A DNA stretch of 64,000 nt from Laetmonice hystrix (Eukaryota), in contig OZ249436.1 in NCBI GenBank assembly GCA_965235115.1, positions 16,058,001 through 16,122,000 of the forward strand, given 5' to 3'. A program made the position numbers and the translations under genes. The notes beneath the pieces are model-generated. The model saw only the letters and a list, made by a program, of their open reading frames with translations, was not told the DNA's origin and made no database searches. Below are positions 10,952 through 42,400 of this stretch, one piece after another (position 1 is the first letter of the stretch; each line of letters starts with the position of its first letter).

Positions 10952-10965
10952 TGGTCACGGCACCA
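10952..10965 (-). other. Primer-binding site complementary to the tRNA-His 3' end
   Basis: Minus strand TGGTGCCGTGACCA, 5 nt inside the 5' LTR; complementary to the ...UGGUCACGGCACCA end of metazoan tRNA-His(GUG), recalled from memory. Confidence 0.85.
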
Positions 10966-10970
10966 AATTG

Positions 10971-11791
10971 TGTAACGTCCCTGGCCTCGTTGCCAGGTTA
11001 GCTACTGGGCTCCCAAGTCCCTTAACATGTGACACTGGATGAAAAGAACACAAACACGCATATTTGGTAGGAAAATAACTGGTTTTATTCAAATACGGGT
11101 AGTGATAAACCTATCCTGCCTCTGATCTGAAATAGGGTTAGTACTTCTCGTTGTATTCCTGTCGTAAAAATGAATATAATGAATATACAAGACTCAAGTC
11201 TTGTCTGAGATCCGAATATTCCATATTCGGCAGAGAACTAACCTAAAAGATCTAACATCTTGTTTATAATGAATTGGATCTGAATGTTCACATTCAGCTT
11301 TTTGGCCTAAATAATCAGAAAAACCCTTACTCTGGCCTTAGGCTTATGGCCATATCTGACGAGCAGACCTTACACGTATTTCCTATACGTTTCAAGCTCT
11401 GACGACAGCTTGGCATAAATTGCTGGTACAAGCATTCTTATACATGCCTATTGGCACGTCTACCGTACATACCTGGACTTAGAGGTAGCCATTTCAGTGG
11501 TTTCGGCTTGTAAGTTACTCAGGGCAGTATTTCGTCCCTTCTTAGCTGGAGGTTTAACGACACTCCCAGACTTATTGCAGAGACCGGGCTTTTATATCAG
11601 AGGGATATGCATATGCATGCCAGGGGAGCCAATGAGAATACGCTGGCTGACGGCGCCACTGGGCCCTGGTCAGCTGGGGGTGGGATACTTAGTCATGGGT
11701 GGCTGCACACACAGGCGATGTGTGGCCGGGGTAGCGACGTGCTTAGTGCACATGCACTTGACACAGACGTTGGGCCAGCCCAATCGTCACA
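10971..11791 (-). repeat. 5' LTR (821 bp)
   Basis: TGTAACGTCC...TCGTCACA on +; no mismatch found by eye against 3215-4035; TATAAAAG on the minus strand at 11589-11596. Confidence 0.97.
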
Positions 11792-11870
11792 TGGAATAAA
11801 GTTAAACTGACTGTGCAGTCGTCGATGGGTCCTGGCATAGACAGGAAAAGTGCGGCAGTCATAAAATAAA

Positions 11871-12013
11871 ACAAATATGGCACTTGGTATCGTGCAATAT
11901 GAAAATTTATGGCACTCTGGAAACTGATATTGCACTCCGCTTCGCGTCGTGCAATATCAGTTGCCATCGTGCCATAAATTTTCATATTGCACTCAACCAA
12001 GTGCCATATTTGT
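11871..12013. repeat. Palindromic (fold-back) MITE-like hairpin
   Basis: ACAAATATGGCACTTGG... / ...CCAAGTGCCATATTTGT; arms of about 65 bp around the loop TCCGCTTCGCGTC. Confidence 0.8.
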
Positions 12014-13205
12014 ATATTATAGCTCAGCATCGTGATGTACTTGGCACGAGGCTAGCCGCCTATACACAGTGGTGAAGTATTGGAGTAGAGCCCAAAACGG
12101 TCACCGCTGGCAGCGCTCCAGCGTCGTCTGCTACCATATTTTACTTTTATAATATATGTATATAATAAAAATAAAAAACAAAACGAGTAAATTTGTTCTC
12201 TTTTTATTTTGTTTTTGCTGGTACCATACAAGAATGCACTTGCTGGAGTATACAGCTACAGAAACAGTCGGCCAATTAAAAAAGGGACCCATTTTTCATC
12301 GCACTGATCTCCCTCGTGACACACCCAGAGAATGAGCTGTGAATGGGACCGATGTTTTCTAAAGGTGACAGTGTTTCTCATCGATGTTAGCATTAACTCC
12401 ACAACACTACACTAAAGTGTCGGATGAGAAACACGACATTGTCGGGCACCCAGTTTGGCGACTGTATAGGACTACATGCATGGCACATCGGCAGTCCACA
12501 AGTGGCTACGATCTAGCGTTGAGGCGGCCTTAGACATGTCCAAAACTCTTCTTTTTTCATAATTACAGTACTATAATACATACACCCTGATATCAGAATC
12601 AGGTGTCAAGAAACCATCAAATACAATTCGCCCCCTGTGCTTAAATAGACCTCTGTTAGTACTTAATGTACATTCAATTGAATTCAGTCAACTGTCAGGG
12701 GGAGACTCTGAGAGCCTATCTCGTAATGAAGCTTTACAAATACATCATACCTCTGACCAGATTAAGCACACTTTACTTAATCCTACCGACTAAAGGCTTC
12801 ATTGGAGTCAGTAGGGGACGCAAAGACCTACAATTTAAGATAAGGGCAGCTGATTTGCATGAAGGGTCATCAATAAATATACAGAATGTTTCATTCCTCT
12901 TTAAATATAGGCCAGTTGAAAGCCTGTCTGAGAGCACTGGAGTGGTGTCTTGATGTTAACTCCACTGATTTCTCAGTCCAGACATCTGTCCCTGTGTGGA
13001 TGGTGCCCGTCCTTCGTGCCTTTTATTAATGGATTCCACACCGGTCAGCTGTGGCGAGGGCAGAACACGCGTACAATGAAACGTACTAGCTGACAATGAC
13101 AGTGATTACCAAACGCAATGAAGATATCGTTGATATATACATGTCCATTATAGAGCCACTCTCAAGAGATACTGGCAGATGAAGCTTCCTCGGTGGATCG
13201 GTCGC

Positions 13206-13730
13206 CTGGTATTATCGTCTGATCAGGAGCGGCTTCTCTTGATACACAACTGGAGCCTGGTATGATCAGGACGGGCTTCCCTTGATACACAACTGGAGCC
13301 TGGTATGATCAGGACGGGCTTCCCTTGATACACAACTGGAGCCTGGTATGATCAGGACGGGCTTCCCTTGATACACAACTGGAGCCTGGTATGATCAGGA
13401 CGGGCTTCCCTTGATACACAACTGGAGCCTGGTATGATCAGGACGGGCTTCCCTTGATACACAACTGGAGCCTGGTATGATCAGGACGGGCTTCCCTTGA
13501 TACACAACTGGAGCCTGGTATGATCAGGATGGGCTTCCCTTGATACACAACTGGAGCCTGGTATGATCAGGACGGGCTTCCCTTGATACACAACTGGAGC
13601 CTGGTATGATCAGGACGGGCTTCCCTTGATACACAACTGGAGCCTGGTATGATCAGGACGGGCTTCCCTTGATACACAACTGGAGCCTGGTTTGATCAGG
13701 ATCCGATGGGCTTCATTCGATACACAACTC
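13206..13730. repeat. 43-bp minisatellite, about 12 copies
   Basis: Unit GATACACAACTGGAGCCTGGTATGATCAGGACGGGCTTCCCTT; period 43 from 13241 to 13671, with degenerate flanking copies. Confidence 0.95.
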
Positions 13731-16700
13731 GATAAACTTGCAAAAACAGCCTCATACAATAGAGGATAAAATCTTCTGATGTGGTTGTGGGATGGGCTTG
13801 CAGACTATTAATATGGTGCTTATACATTGATTGGGTGGACAAACATCTATTTACAATCACATCTTGAAAATTCCTGCACAGGACAAACTGTACCTGTGCA
13901 GATGTAAAGGGAACCAACTCGGCTTAATGTTCTCTCGCTGGAGTTCAACATTAACTACTGATGAGAGCAATCAGTACCAGAACAACTCTCCCTTAACACA
14001 GGTACCAGGAATTTCAGCTGCAACGCTACAGCAAAACCTTATGAACTATGTACGCATACATACATGAGCACTGGGACCCTCGGCTTTCTTTGTAACATAC
14101 CTGGGGTAGGTACGTTTGGCTTTTGGCAGAGTGTGTCTGGACAGGTAAACTACCGTTAAGATGTTGGTTGGCGTGTACCTTGGCAAGGGCACGCACCTTT
14201 AGCTATGTCTACAGAGGAACGTCTAACCTTTTGTTGGGCAGTGTACACGGACTGCAACAACGCTACCCACTGCACACACTGCGAACATTCAGTGTCTCAG
14301 AACCCAGATAAATACCCTTTCAAAGTTTCCTTTTCTCATGGCTGTTTTCCAATTTCACTATGGTGCCAAAAGCACCATTCAGGACTACTCCCCGGTCCTG
14401 GTGCCTTGTATTTATCGACCACAGACTATGAAATCACGTGCTAAATTACGTGTTACTTTATTGGGTAGCAAGAACATGCAGAGATCTGGTACAAGCAAAA
14501 CCAGTCGGTGTAAAATGCTCCTGTTACACAAGACAAAAATTAAGAGATGATGGTGCATCTATTCCCAAAATACCCACTGCTGAGGGTCTGACGTTGTCAA
14601 GGTCAGCAAAGCATCTAATTAGGTAATTCAAAATTCATTAAAAATGACGCCAGTATGCTGGGACTGTCCACGAGAGTCAGAAACTAGTTCTCACTGATCT
14701 ACAACACACACTGAGTGGATGATGCTGAAGGCGCTACACATCCTGGACGAGTGTTTGCAGTGTGCAAGTACCAGTCGACATAAAGACCACAGGTATGGAA
14801 ATATTTCATTCACGTGAACAAAGAGGTCAGGAAATATCCTTTCTGACTGATGCTGCTAGACAACTAACGACAAGAGCACATTCTTGTATTCCTACAAGGT
14901 GTCTTATCATGCCTGCACTTCTAATACTGTTTCATTGCGTACTTCTTTTTACGGCAGCAAGTGATAAAATTCGCATGCAGTTCACCCATCTGGTCCATTG
15001 TTATACATTGTACATTATGTACTTGGGGGTTTTTCCCCCTGTTTTTTAGGGGGGAGGGTGAAGAATTCCCTTTGGGGATGGGAAGTAAGCCATTCATTAA
15101 CAGTCTCTTATTACTCTACTAGATATACCATCTAGGTCAATGCTTTCCAATCTGAAATCTTAACTTTCAATATTCTAGTTTTTAGATTACAAAAATTCCA
15201 AAGAAAATAATCCTCTAGAATTCTTGGTTTCAGTTGGAACGCAATGTGAGACGCTAACCCGTTGCCAAGATGCCGGTGTGGCAGCTTGTCCTTGATGAGA
15301 CAACAGTTCAAGCCCCACAGTGGTTTTTGAATCAATGGTTGACAGCGGCACAATGAGGAAGGCACGTCTCTGTCCATACACTCGACAAACAGCTCTGCAA
15401 CAACTCTGATCAGTCATTGTCGGTTCTCAGATTGTCTCCTCCCACTATCCATAAAGCATGTGGAGACCACGATTCCAAAGAGATTTGAGAAAAAAAGGAA
15501 CATACGGTAAAGGGCTATACTTGTTTTATAGTTTGGTTCAGTAGCATTTTGGGCAGAGGTCAAGTTTGGTGGCAGAAAAAAAAGAAAAATATTTTAAAAA
15601 CCAAATTCTGTTCTGAATGTTTTTTTTGTTTTGTTTTTTTTGTTTGTTTTCTTTGCGGTTTTTTTTTTTCACTGGGGAGGTGTTAAGTACAAATTGGTGT
15701 TAAAGTTCACTTCCAGTATGGTAGAATGAAGGTGCTGGTTGTGACGTCAAAGTACTCGGTCAGACATCAACTAGCCATAAAATCTGTATTTTCCTTCAGT
15801 TATCAGGGTGGGGTTAGCAATGTCCCTGTTGTCTCTGGTCCATCAAAGTCCGCTACCTGACCACCAAGAATACTCGACACTACTTCAGAAAATATAAAAA
15901 CAATATCTAGAAGCATTTTTGAACGACTTAAAAAGAACTTAACATTACACAATATGGTTTAGGCGGCAAACACATGAATGCCTGAATGACCATTTCTTTG
16001 ATCATTTTGACCACAAGTGCAACGGACCACCAATATTCATTGGATATTATTACTGGTACTTTAAGCCCTAGCTATAAAATTGACCAGTACGCTACCCATG
16101 TAGATCTACTTCCCAAATATACTCCTGAGAAACCAATCCTGGCTTTCAATTGCACATCATGCCATGAATCCTAGAAGTCGCCCTCACTGACACAAGTCCA
16201 TATCCAACTCAGTGACCCTCAAGGGTTCCTCACAGACACTACACTGGATGCTCACGTGTACTTCATAAGCATCAGACTTGTAATGTGGATGACATTTGCA
16301 CAACTTGCCAGTGGGATCTGACACGGGATACACGCGGATATTTAGTAGAAGGCATGGCAGCTTGGAGAGTGAGCACTGCACCCAAAACGTCCCGCAGCCA
16401 AACAGCTCTTCTGTCTTTCCAAGCCTCGTGTCTTATAACGTAAATACACGCAACAACATACATACTTACATACACTTACATTACATGCTGGCTCAAGTTC
16501 ACATATTACACTGTACATTATTAACTGGGGTTATATCCACCTCCTGAGCTTACAACAGTTATTCTATAGAAGACTACTGAGAGGGTTCCACTCAGTGGGG
16601 AACTGCCGACCAGAGCCCACTGGGTGGGACCGTCCTTGGAGACACCGGTCTCCGTAGCCATAGCTGGGCAAGTGCAATGTACAACCAACAAGGCTTCACC

Positions 16701-18098
16701 CTGCTGTATACCCCGATCACAGCATTTAAATGCAAGTTTATCCAAAAGGCAGCTTGCAGAATTATATGGGTATTAATCTGGCCAATATGCAACCTGTCTG
16801 CATTACCTTTGCAATCATTTTAATTTTTCTGGTAAGAAAATCTCGAACTCTTCAATAATAATGCACAACACCAAGTCTTCATCTTCGACCAAAATATGAG
16901 ATTCAATAGTAAGTGGCATCAATCTTCAGTCCAAGTAGGGCCACATTAATGTAAAACTCTCCATCAGCATTTGGCGCTGAATACCATTCTGACTGAAACC
17001 AAAATAAAATAAAATGACAAGAATTGTGATCAACATGAGCAGAAAATTGAGAGGCATTTTTACTCTTCAAACGGCCTGCACATTACTGACGAGGTTTACC
17101 GCTATCATTTCTATTACCTGGGTGCAGAAACTAGATCTCTTGTAAAACTTCCGTGAAGTCTGAACGTAACTATTGATAACTGCCACCCTCTGAACCAGTG
17201 ACCATGAATTCCCTGCCATCATAGTAAATTACTTTCTTTACTTCTTACTCTCAGCCACTTTCTTTCTCAACCTCTCCACCGATAAAGTGAGTGAGCTTGG
17301 ACTAAAGGCCTGCACTGACAGGGCTCCATGAACATGAATCTAAAACCTGAAAACCTCAAAGTAAACATGCAACCAAAAGATATACTTAAGCATGCCCATT
17401 TACCTTCCGTATGTGAGGAATGTCAACAACAGTTACAAAAATGTGCTTGAGATAACAGTTTTTGAAAGTAAACATGGAATGGAAGATGTCAACCTAAGAC
17501 CGGTAGACAAAGAGCCAGGGGAAGTGCACTGAGAAGTGTTTAGCTGAACAGCAGCAATGAAGCTCCACTGTGGACAACGCATGTATTGCAGCCATGTAAT
17601 ATGCCTTGAAAATAATAACGAGCACTGCCTACAACGGTCTGTTTCTCCTGAACGTAGTGAGACAGATGACTTCCTTGCCGATCTCAGTCAGGAGGCAAAG
17701 AACCCATGGACAATCAATAAGTATGAGTCGGAGTGTTTTCACTCAGCGTACCAGCAAGAAGTGAGGTTTGCGCTGAGCTTTCGACCTTCTGTATATGCTT
17801 CGTCACTGTACATTGATGCTGGCCATCACAGCTATACAGAATCAATATCTTTTGTACTGGTGCCATTAACATGTCGAATATATATATATTATATATATTT
17901 ATGTGTGGAAACAGGATGAAGCAGCTGGACCCAGCGTGCAGTCTCTGGGCTATGCCAGCAGGCTCTGTATGACCCAAGCTCTCAAGTACAGCTTGCCATC
18001 TCATGACAGCTTTCTGCTGGCTCCTCTCGATGGCTGTGGCAGGTGTCCCCTCTGGTCACCAGAGAGAAATCGGGAGCGGTTGGAAGCAGAGATGTGGC

Positions 18099-37167
<19,069 letters not shown>

Positions 37168-39265
37168 GTTGCCTTTGATCCCAGCATGCATCTCTCCGAC
37201 GCACTCTCCTACGCAGAGACTCGCTTACTACTGTGTGAAGCGAAAGCGAAGCGGAAGTAGCTCTGCGTTGGAGGGTGTCTCCGACGGTAATGGCGGCACT
37301 CAACGAGCATTGAAATTTCTCGGTTCGAGAGATGTGACTGTCTTTATTTTGTCGCATCGTGCTTTTCCAGCTTGCAGATATGAGAGATAAGTTATTTTGA
37401 GTTTATTTATCACTATTTCATCAACATATAGAGACAAGGGAGGGCTTTTCATGGCAGACAGAAGATTTGTCCGGGTACGCTCGGAAATTCTAAACAGCGA
37501 CCTTCGGCTCTGTACAGAGCACAGAGCCGAATTCTTTGGCTACGTCGAACCTAGCTAGGGGCCGAATCTCTAATCATGATAATGCTCATTTTAGTCATTA
37601 AATTATGCCTCACTTAGGTTGAAGAGAAACCGTTGAAGATTGGCTTAATGCCTTGAGCTTATATAAAGTAGGCACTAGGGTTAGTGCCAAACAATAAGAT
37701 AACCCCATAGGAAGCATTCGACAGCATGGGATTGCTGAGGCTCTGTCTGACTCTGACAGTGTCACTCACTCTGTGTCAGTGTGTCACACTCACTGACTCA
37801 GTCACACACAGTCTCAGCGATTTCACGGCATCGGCCATCGCCATCAAAACATCGGCAGAAAGGCAGCGCATCAGTTGTGACAACAAACATGAAGCGTCAA
37901 GCTTTTATTATTATTTGAGATCAATTAGCACCTACCCTCTCTGGTATCCATTTCCTCAACGTCTCTCTGCTGAGGATCTTTATCATTGACATGATTCTGC
38001 ATCATGGTGTTCACAGAAGTTTTGTGTGGAGATCTCGCAGGGACCGGTCGCTCTCGAATGAGGGTGGACGAGTTTTTGTGAGACACGGTCACCTTAACGT
38101 GCTTGCTCGCAATGCGCCCAATGTCTGCGAACTTTGCCCCTGGTGACAGGGGTTCCAACCACACATAAAATGTTGTAAGATATTATGAAATTTGATTGAA
38201 ATTTCGCATGCGACTGTCTCTGACTTTCAATGAAAATAAACAAGATGGCGGTCCATTGCGAAGCAGGCCACGGGAAATCCCGCAGTGTACCATCTAAGAT
38301 ATTAATTTTCCTATATGCAATATTATTATTGAAATTATACACAAACAGTCAAAATCGCTTTTTGATATGGTTTTCTAGTCGTTATTCTAAAGATATCGGC
38401 AGAATTTAAGCAAAATCTGTTAGACACGGTTATTCAGGAAACGGAACTGGAGCATAGCCACCATACGCGGGGAGGGGTCATTACAGGAAGTATATAATTA
38501 TGACAGGTGAATCGGCCTGGTAAATCACGTTTACATTTTGATTTCCTGATAGGGATGACAGGCAAGCGTACGTTGCCCCCAACGTTGCCCCCCAGACCGT
38601 AGAAATCCTAAATACTTTGGAAGTTCTTTTGAGGGTTATGCTTTTCAGCTTCTCTACTTAGGCGGCGGGCATCATGCGCTGACAGCTACGGCATTTTGTT
38701 TACTTTACTTTACAACATTTTTCTTTACACACAATATATAAATAAAGTCTTAGCTACGCCCAGTTTGTTATGAAGCTATTTTGGCAGGTTGATTTTGAAA
38801 ATCTGCTTCTGCCGTTCAACTCTTCCATCTGCGTGAAATGCTTGCATCGCTCAAACGATAGTTATGGTACCTCCCCTACAGGCTACAGCTGTACAGTCCA
38901 CACCCGATCGACACATAGCTTGAACGGACCTTTTTGAACGGTGGCATTATGCTTAGATCATTATAAATAACCTCATCGACGCAGCCAAACACTGCCTACA
39001 GTAATCATATCTAAATCATAAATATGATGCAATTTTGCGACCTGCTTCCTTTTATTTGCTGTAATCTTTTCCGTTCCGTTTCAATGAGTGTCAATTTCTA
39101 TTTTCAGCAGAGGCCGATGTCAACATATGCGCGTGCGTCAGCACTCCCATTATCAGTCAATAAACGAAGGAGCAGCTCGTTGCGGAACTCGTGGAATACA
39201 AGAATTTACGGCGGGTTTTCAGGTCCCCACAGAACCCTTTGTAACAAAAAGGGGAGCAAGCCAGG
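37168..39265. promoter_or_regulatory. Divergent USP7/HAPSTR1 promoter region
   Basis: CpG-rich ends; GCGGAAGT (ETS-type) at about 37250; AATGGCGGC at about 37288 and AAGATGGCGG at about 38242 (YY1-type); TGCGCGTGCG (NRF1-like) at about 39128. TSSs are not determined. Confidence 0.6.
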
Positions 39266-39461
39266 ATGGACGAAAATTTAGACAAAGATCAAGACAGAAT
39301 TGATGCAAATTGGCTTACGAATTGGGAAGATCAATGTATTCAGGACTGGGAAAATGAGACCAATATGGACGATAAGATTCAAAACGAGAGCGAACGGTCT
39401 GCCCAAAAACTCTGGTTATCCTTTCAGAATTCGGCCACGGCCATAGCCCAGTTGTATCGGG
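39266..39461 (+). CDS. HAPSTR1: HAPSTR1 exon 1
   Basis: MDENLDK...NWEDQC...QKLWLSFQNSATAIAQLYR; G|GTAAG donor. Confidence 0.95.
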
Positions 39462-42400
39462 GTAAGTATGCTTGGGCTTAATGGGAAATACTTCAAATAA
39501 AATGCCTTCTGGAAAACCCCCAGGCTTGATAAAATAAACAGTGCTTGCTGGAGTAGCGGCCCAAGCCCAACCAAGGCAAGGGCAAGGCCAAGTAAATCGA
39601 GACTCTCCGTCGGTATGGAGGCGGACTCGGACCCGTCACTGTCAGTGTTGGGAGGCATGCGGTGTCAACTTCACTCCAAAAGTCCAAGCCTAGGGCCACC
39701 GGTATCCAAAACTTCGGTTGGCCAGTTCGTTTTCTAAATGGTCTGCCCTCTATTTTGATACAGATGAATGGTTTGGTATCATTACTAATAATACTATCAA
39801 ATTAACAATGGTCTTACCAGGCCCAGGGCACCCGTCCAGGATTTTTTTAAAGGGGGATTGCAGTCGTCTAGTCAGAAATGATTATTTTATGAAATCCCAT
39901 ATAACGTTAGGCTACTTATCGCTTTAGATTCTAGATTCACACTTTGGTTCCTGGGCTGGATGACGAACATTTGACACCTTTGTTAAAATTCTTTTCTTTC
40001 TTTTTTTTGGGCGATTTTTAAGGGGGGGGGGGGTGCTACACCCCCCCTGGATCCGGCCCCGCTTAATACTGCTATGACTAGACTACCGGTACTCTTTAGT
40101 TTAGTGCCAATATTCAATAATTTTGTTCAGGGCAGTGTATATTTAGCTGGCAGTGGCTTCTCCCGTGTTTTATGCTATTTAACGAATTATGGTCGGAGTG
40201 TACTACTGTCAAAATGTACTAGTTGGAATGAGCCAACTGGGCTTCCAGAATTTTAAATCTGGGAGGCCAGAATCTTACAATTTGCAGGCCTGTGATTATT
40301 CCGGGGTTTTTTTTCCAGATTTCCGGCTTTTTTGTAAAACCTCCAAAATGTAACAGATTGCACCATTTTAAACAAGAAAATGTCGCATTTTTCGCTGAGA
40401 GAGGGGACACCCCTCCTGCACCCGCCCCCCAGTTGCACCACAAAAGTTCAGGCTTTTTTTTCCTTCACCTGATCACACCCCTGAATTAGTGTAGCAACGC
40501 CAGCAAAGTAGCAATGCCAACACGTTTAAATTGTCACATTTTATAGGACTTACATTTATTCTCTAAATTTGCCACACCTGGTACTGACTAGCTGTCAACC
40601 TATCTGATGACTAGATTATTTAAACAGGCATGAAAATGGGGAATTTGGGAAAAGTATGGAAACCCGCACTGGCATCAACAGACACACCCCTCCCCAATAT
40701 ACTGACTTAGCTATTCTCACAGAATTGGCATCAATCTAAAGAATGACCAAAATACAGGGTGTGTATAAATGTCAGAGAGTCCCCATTTGGTGGAAGATTC
40801 TCATGTTTGAGATGTGTTTTAAAATGATTCTAGTTATCAGTGAGACTGTCACTTTCAGAGCTACATCTGGGGTTTCTTTAAAAACCCAGGGGCCCACCGG
40901 GCTCCTGCGTGGGAGAGTTTTAGGAGCCTGGCAACAAATCGGCAGCCTTGGGCTCCCGATAATTTCGATGCCTGGAGAGCAAAATTGCAAATCACTGGTC
41001 ACAGACGGGTCTGTGAAAGGTCCTGCCATTAGGCTGTATTCCTGTGCAGGCCTGATATTAAGGGAAATTTGCGTAACCCATTTTTCGTTCGCCTGTTTTT
41101 TATTTTAGGTAACCAACAGGCGAACGAAACGACCGTTTGCCTGTGTTAATCTCAGGCTTGCAAAATTTGCAGGTGAACGGTTTTTCGTTCTTGGCCTTTC
41201 AATTTTATGTGAACGGCACGCGAACGAAATGATCGTTCGCATCTTAAAATCAGGCCTGTTGTGTGGTCGGGTGGTAATGGTTGCATGCAACCTTTCTTAT
41301 GAGGTATTAAATGGTTCTTAACAGGGTTTCCTGCAGGCCCAAAAAAAGGGGGAAATATTTTGCATTACTCTCTCTCCCCCCCCCCAAAAACACATTCCCC
41401 CTCCCCCCCCAAAAAAGTCGAAAATCTCCAGGAAACCCTGCTTAACATAGTCATTGGACAACTACGATGCACCTAAATCATAATGGACCCATAGTTCTGT
41501 CTACATCCTAGCTGTATCAAAAGGAGTTGATCAAAGTGAACCAATGGTCAAGCTAAAAGCGTTCTGGTCAATGTGTCCTCCAGACAAGCCAATGCATCCA
41601 CCGCACAAGTCAATGTGTCCACCATGGAAGTCCAACTGTCCGTCCGGAAGTCAATGAGGCTTCCCCAGTCCTCCACCCAGCCAACTGACTGAGCGAGTTC
41701 TGACCTGACAAAGTGATAGCTTTAACATAATCAAGACAGCCCCCCCCTCTCCGCCCACATTCAGCATTAATTTTCCTTATCTATTCACAGAGCTTTTACC
41801 ATTATGAACACCACTTATTCCCTATTTCTGCTTTGGACACTCCCCCCCCCCCCCCCCCCCCCCCCCCCCACACACACACAACTTCCATATTGCTGGATCC
41901 ACCCCTGTTTGTGTATCAGTGATGTGCTTTGATACTCCGGGATGTACCCATGCCGGGCGGACCCGCCTGGCACTGATTTTAGCTACCCAGTATAAAACTA
42001 AAAAGGTTCAAGTGGCGCCCGGCAGGAATTTTTATTAGACCTATCATGTGATAAAATAATAACTTCTCATACCGTCTCTTGTTCATTCATACCAAGGTGT
42101 TCACCAAACGGCCCCCACCCACACCCCTTGCTAACTGAAGATCTTGCGCCTTTGGTGCTCACGCAAAACTACCGCCCGGCACTCAATTTTTTTCATAATA
42201 TTATTCGTTATATTCATCCAAAATTGACTGAAGGTCAAGATTGCATTTTCGGAAGATTGTGAAAAAGGCACATAGTTTTGATGTCATGATATGGTGGACT
42301 GGGTGAAGGAGACTTCAAATTTTGATCACTTTTTGCTTGACTTCAGGGTGAACTGAAGCCAGGTAAACATCTGTGGTAGCAATGGTGTGTCCATAGCTAA

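Larger units (their letters stand above)
3215..11791 (-). mobile_element. Full-length Ty3/Gypsy (Metaviridae) LTR retrotransposon with an extra third ORF
   Basis: Two 821-bp direct repeats with TG...CA ends; PBS and PPT in canonical positions; gag (CCHC), then PR-RT-RNaseH-IN order, which is diagnostic of Ty3/Gypsy. Confidence 0.97.

Noticed and set aside
16845-16905. TGA codons read as selenocysteine or an alternative genetic code
   Set aside because: No SECIS recognised, neighbouring frames also contain TAG/TAA, and CpG decay is the simpler explanation.
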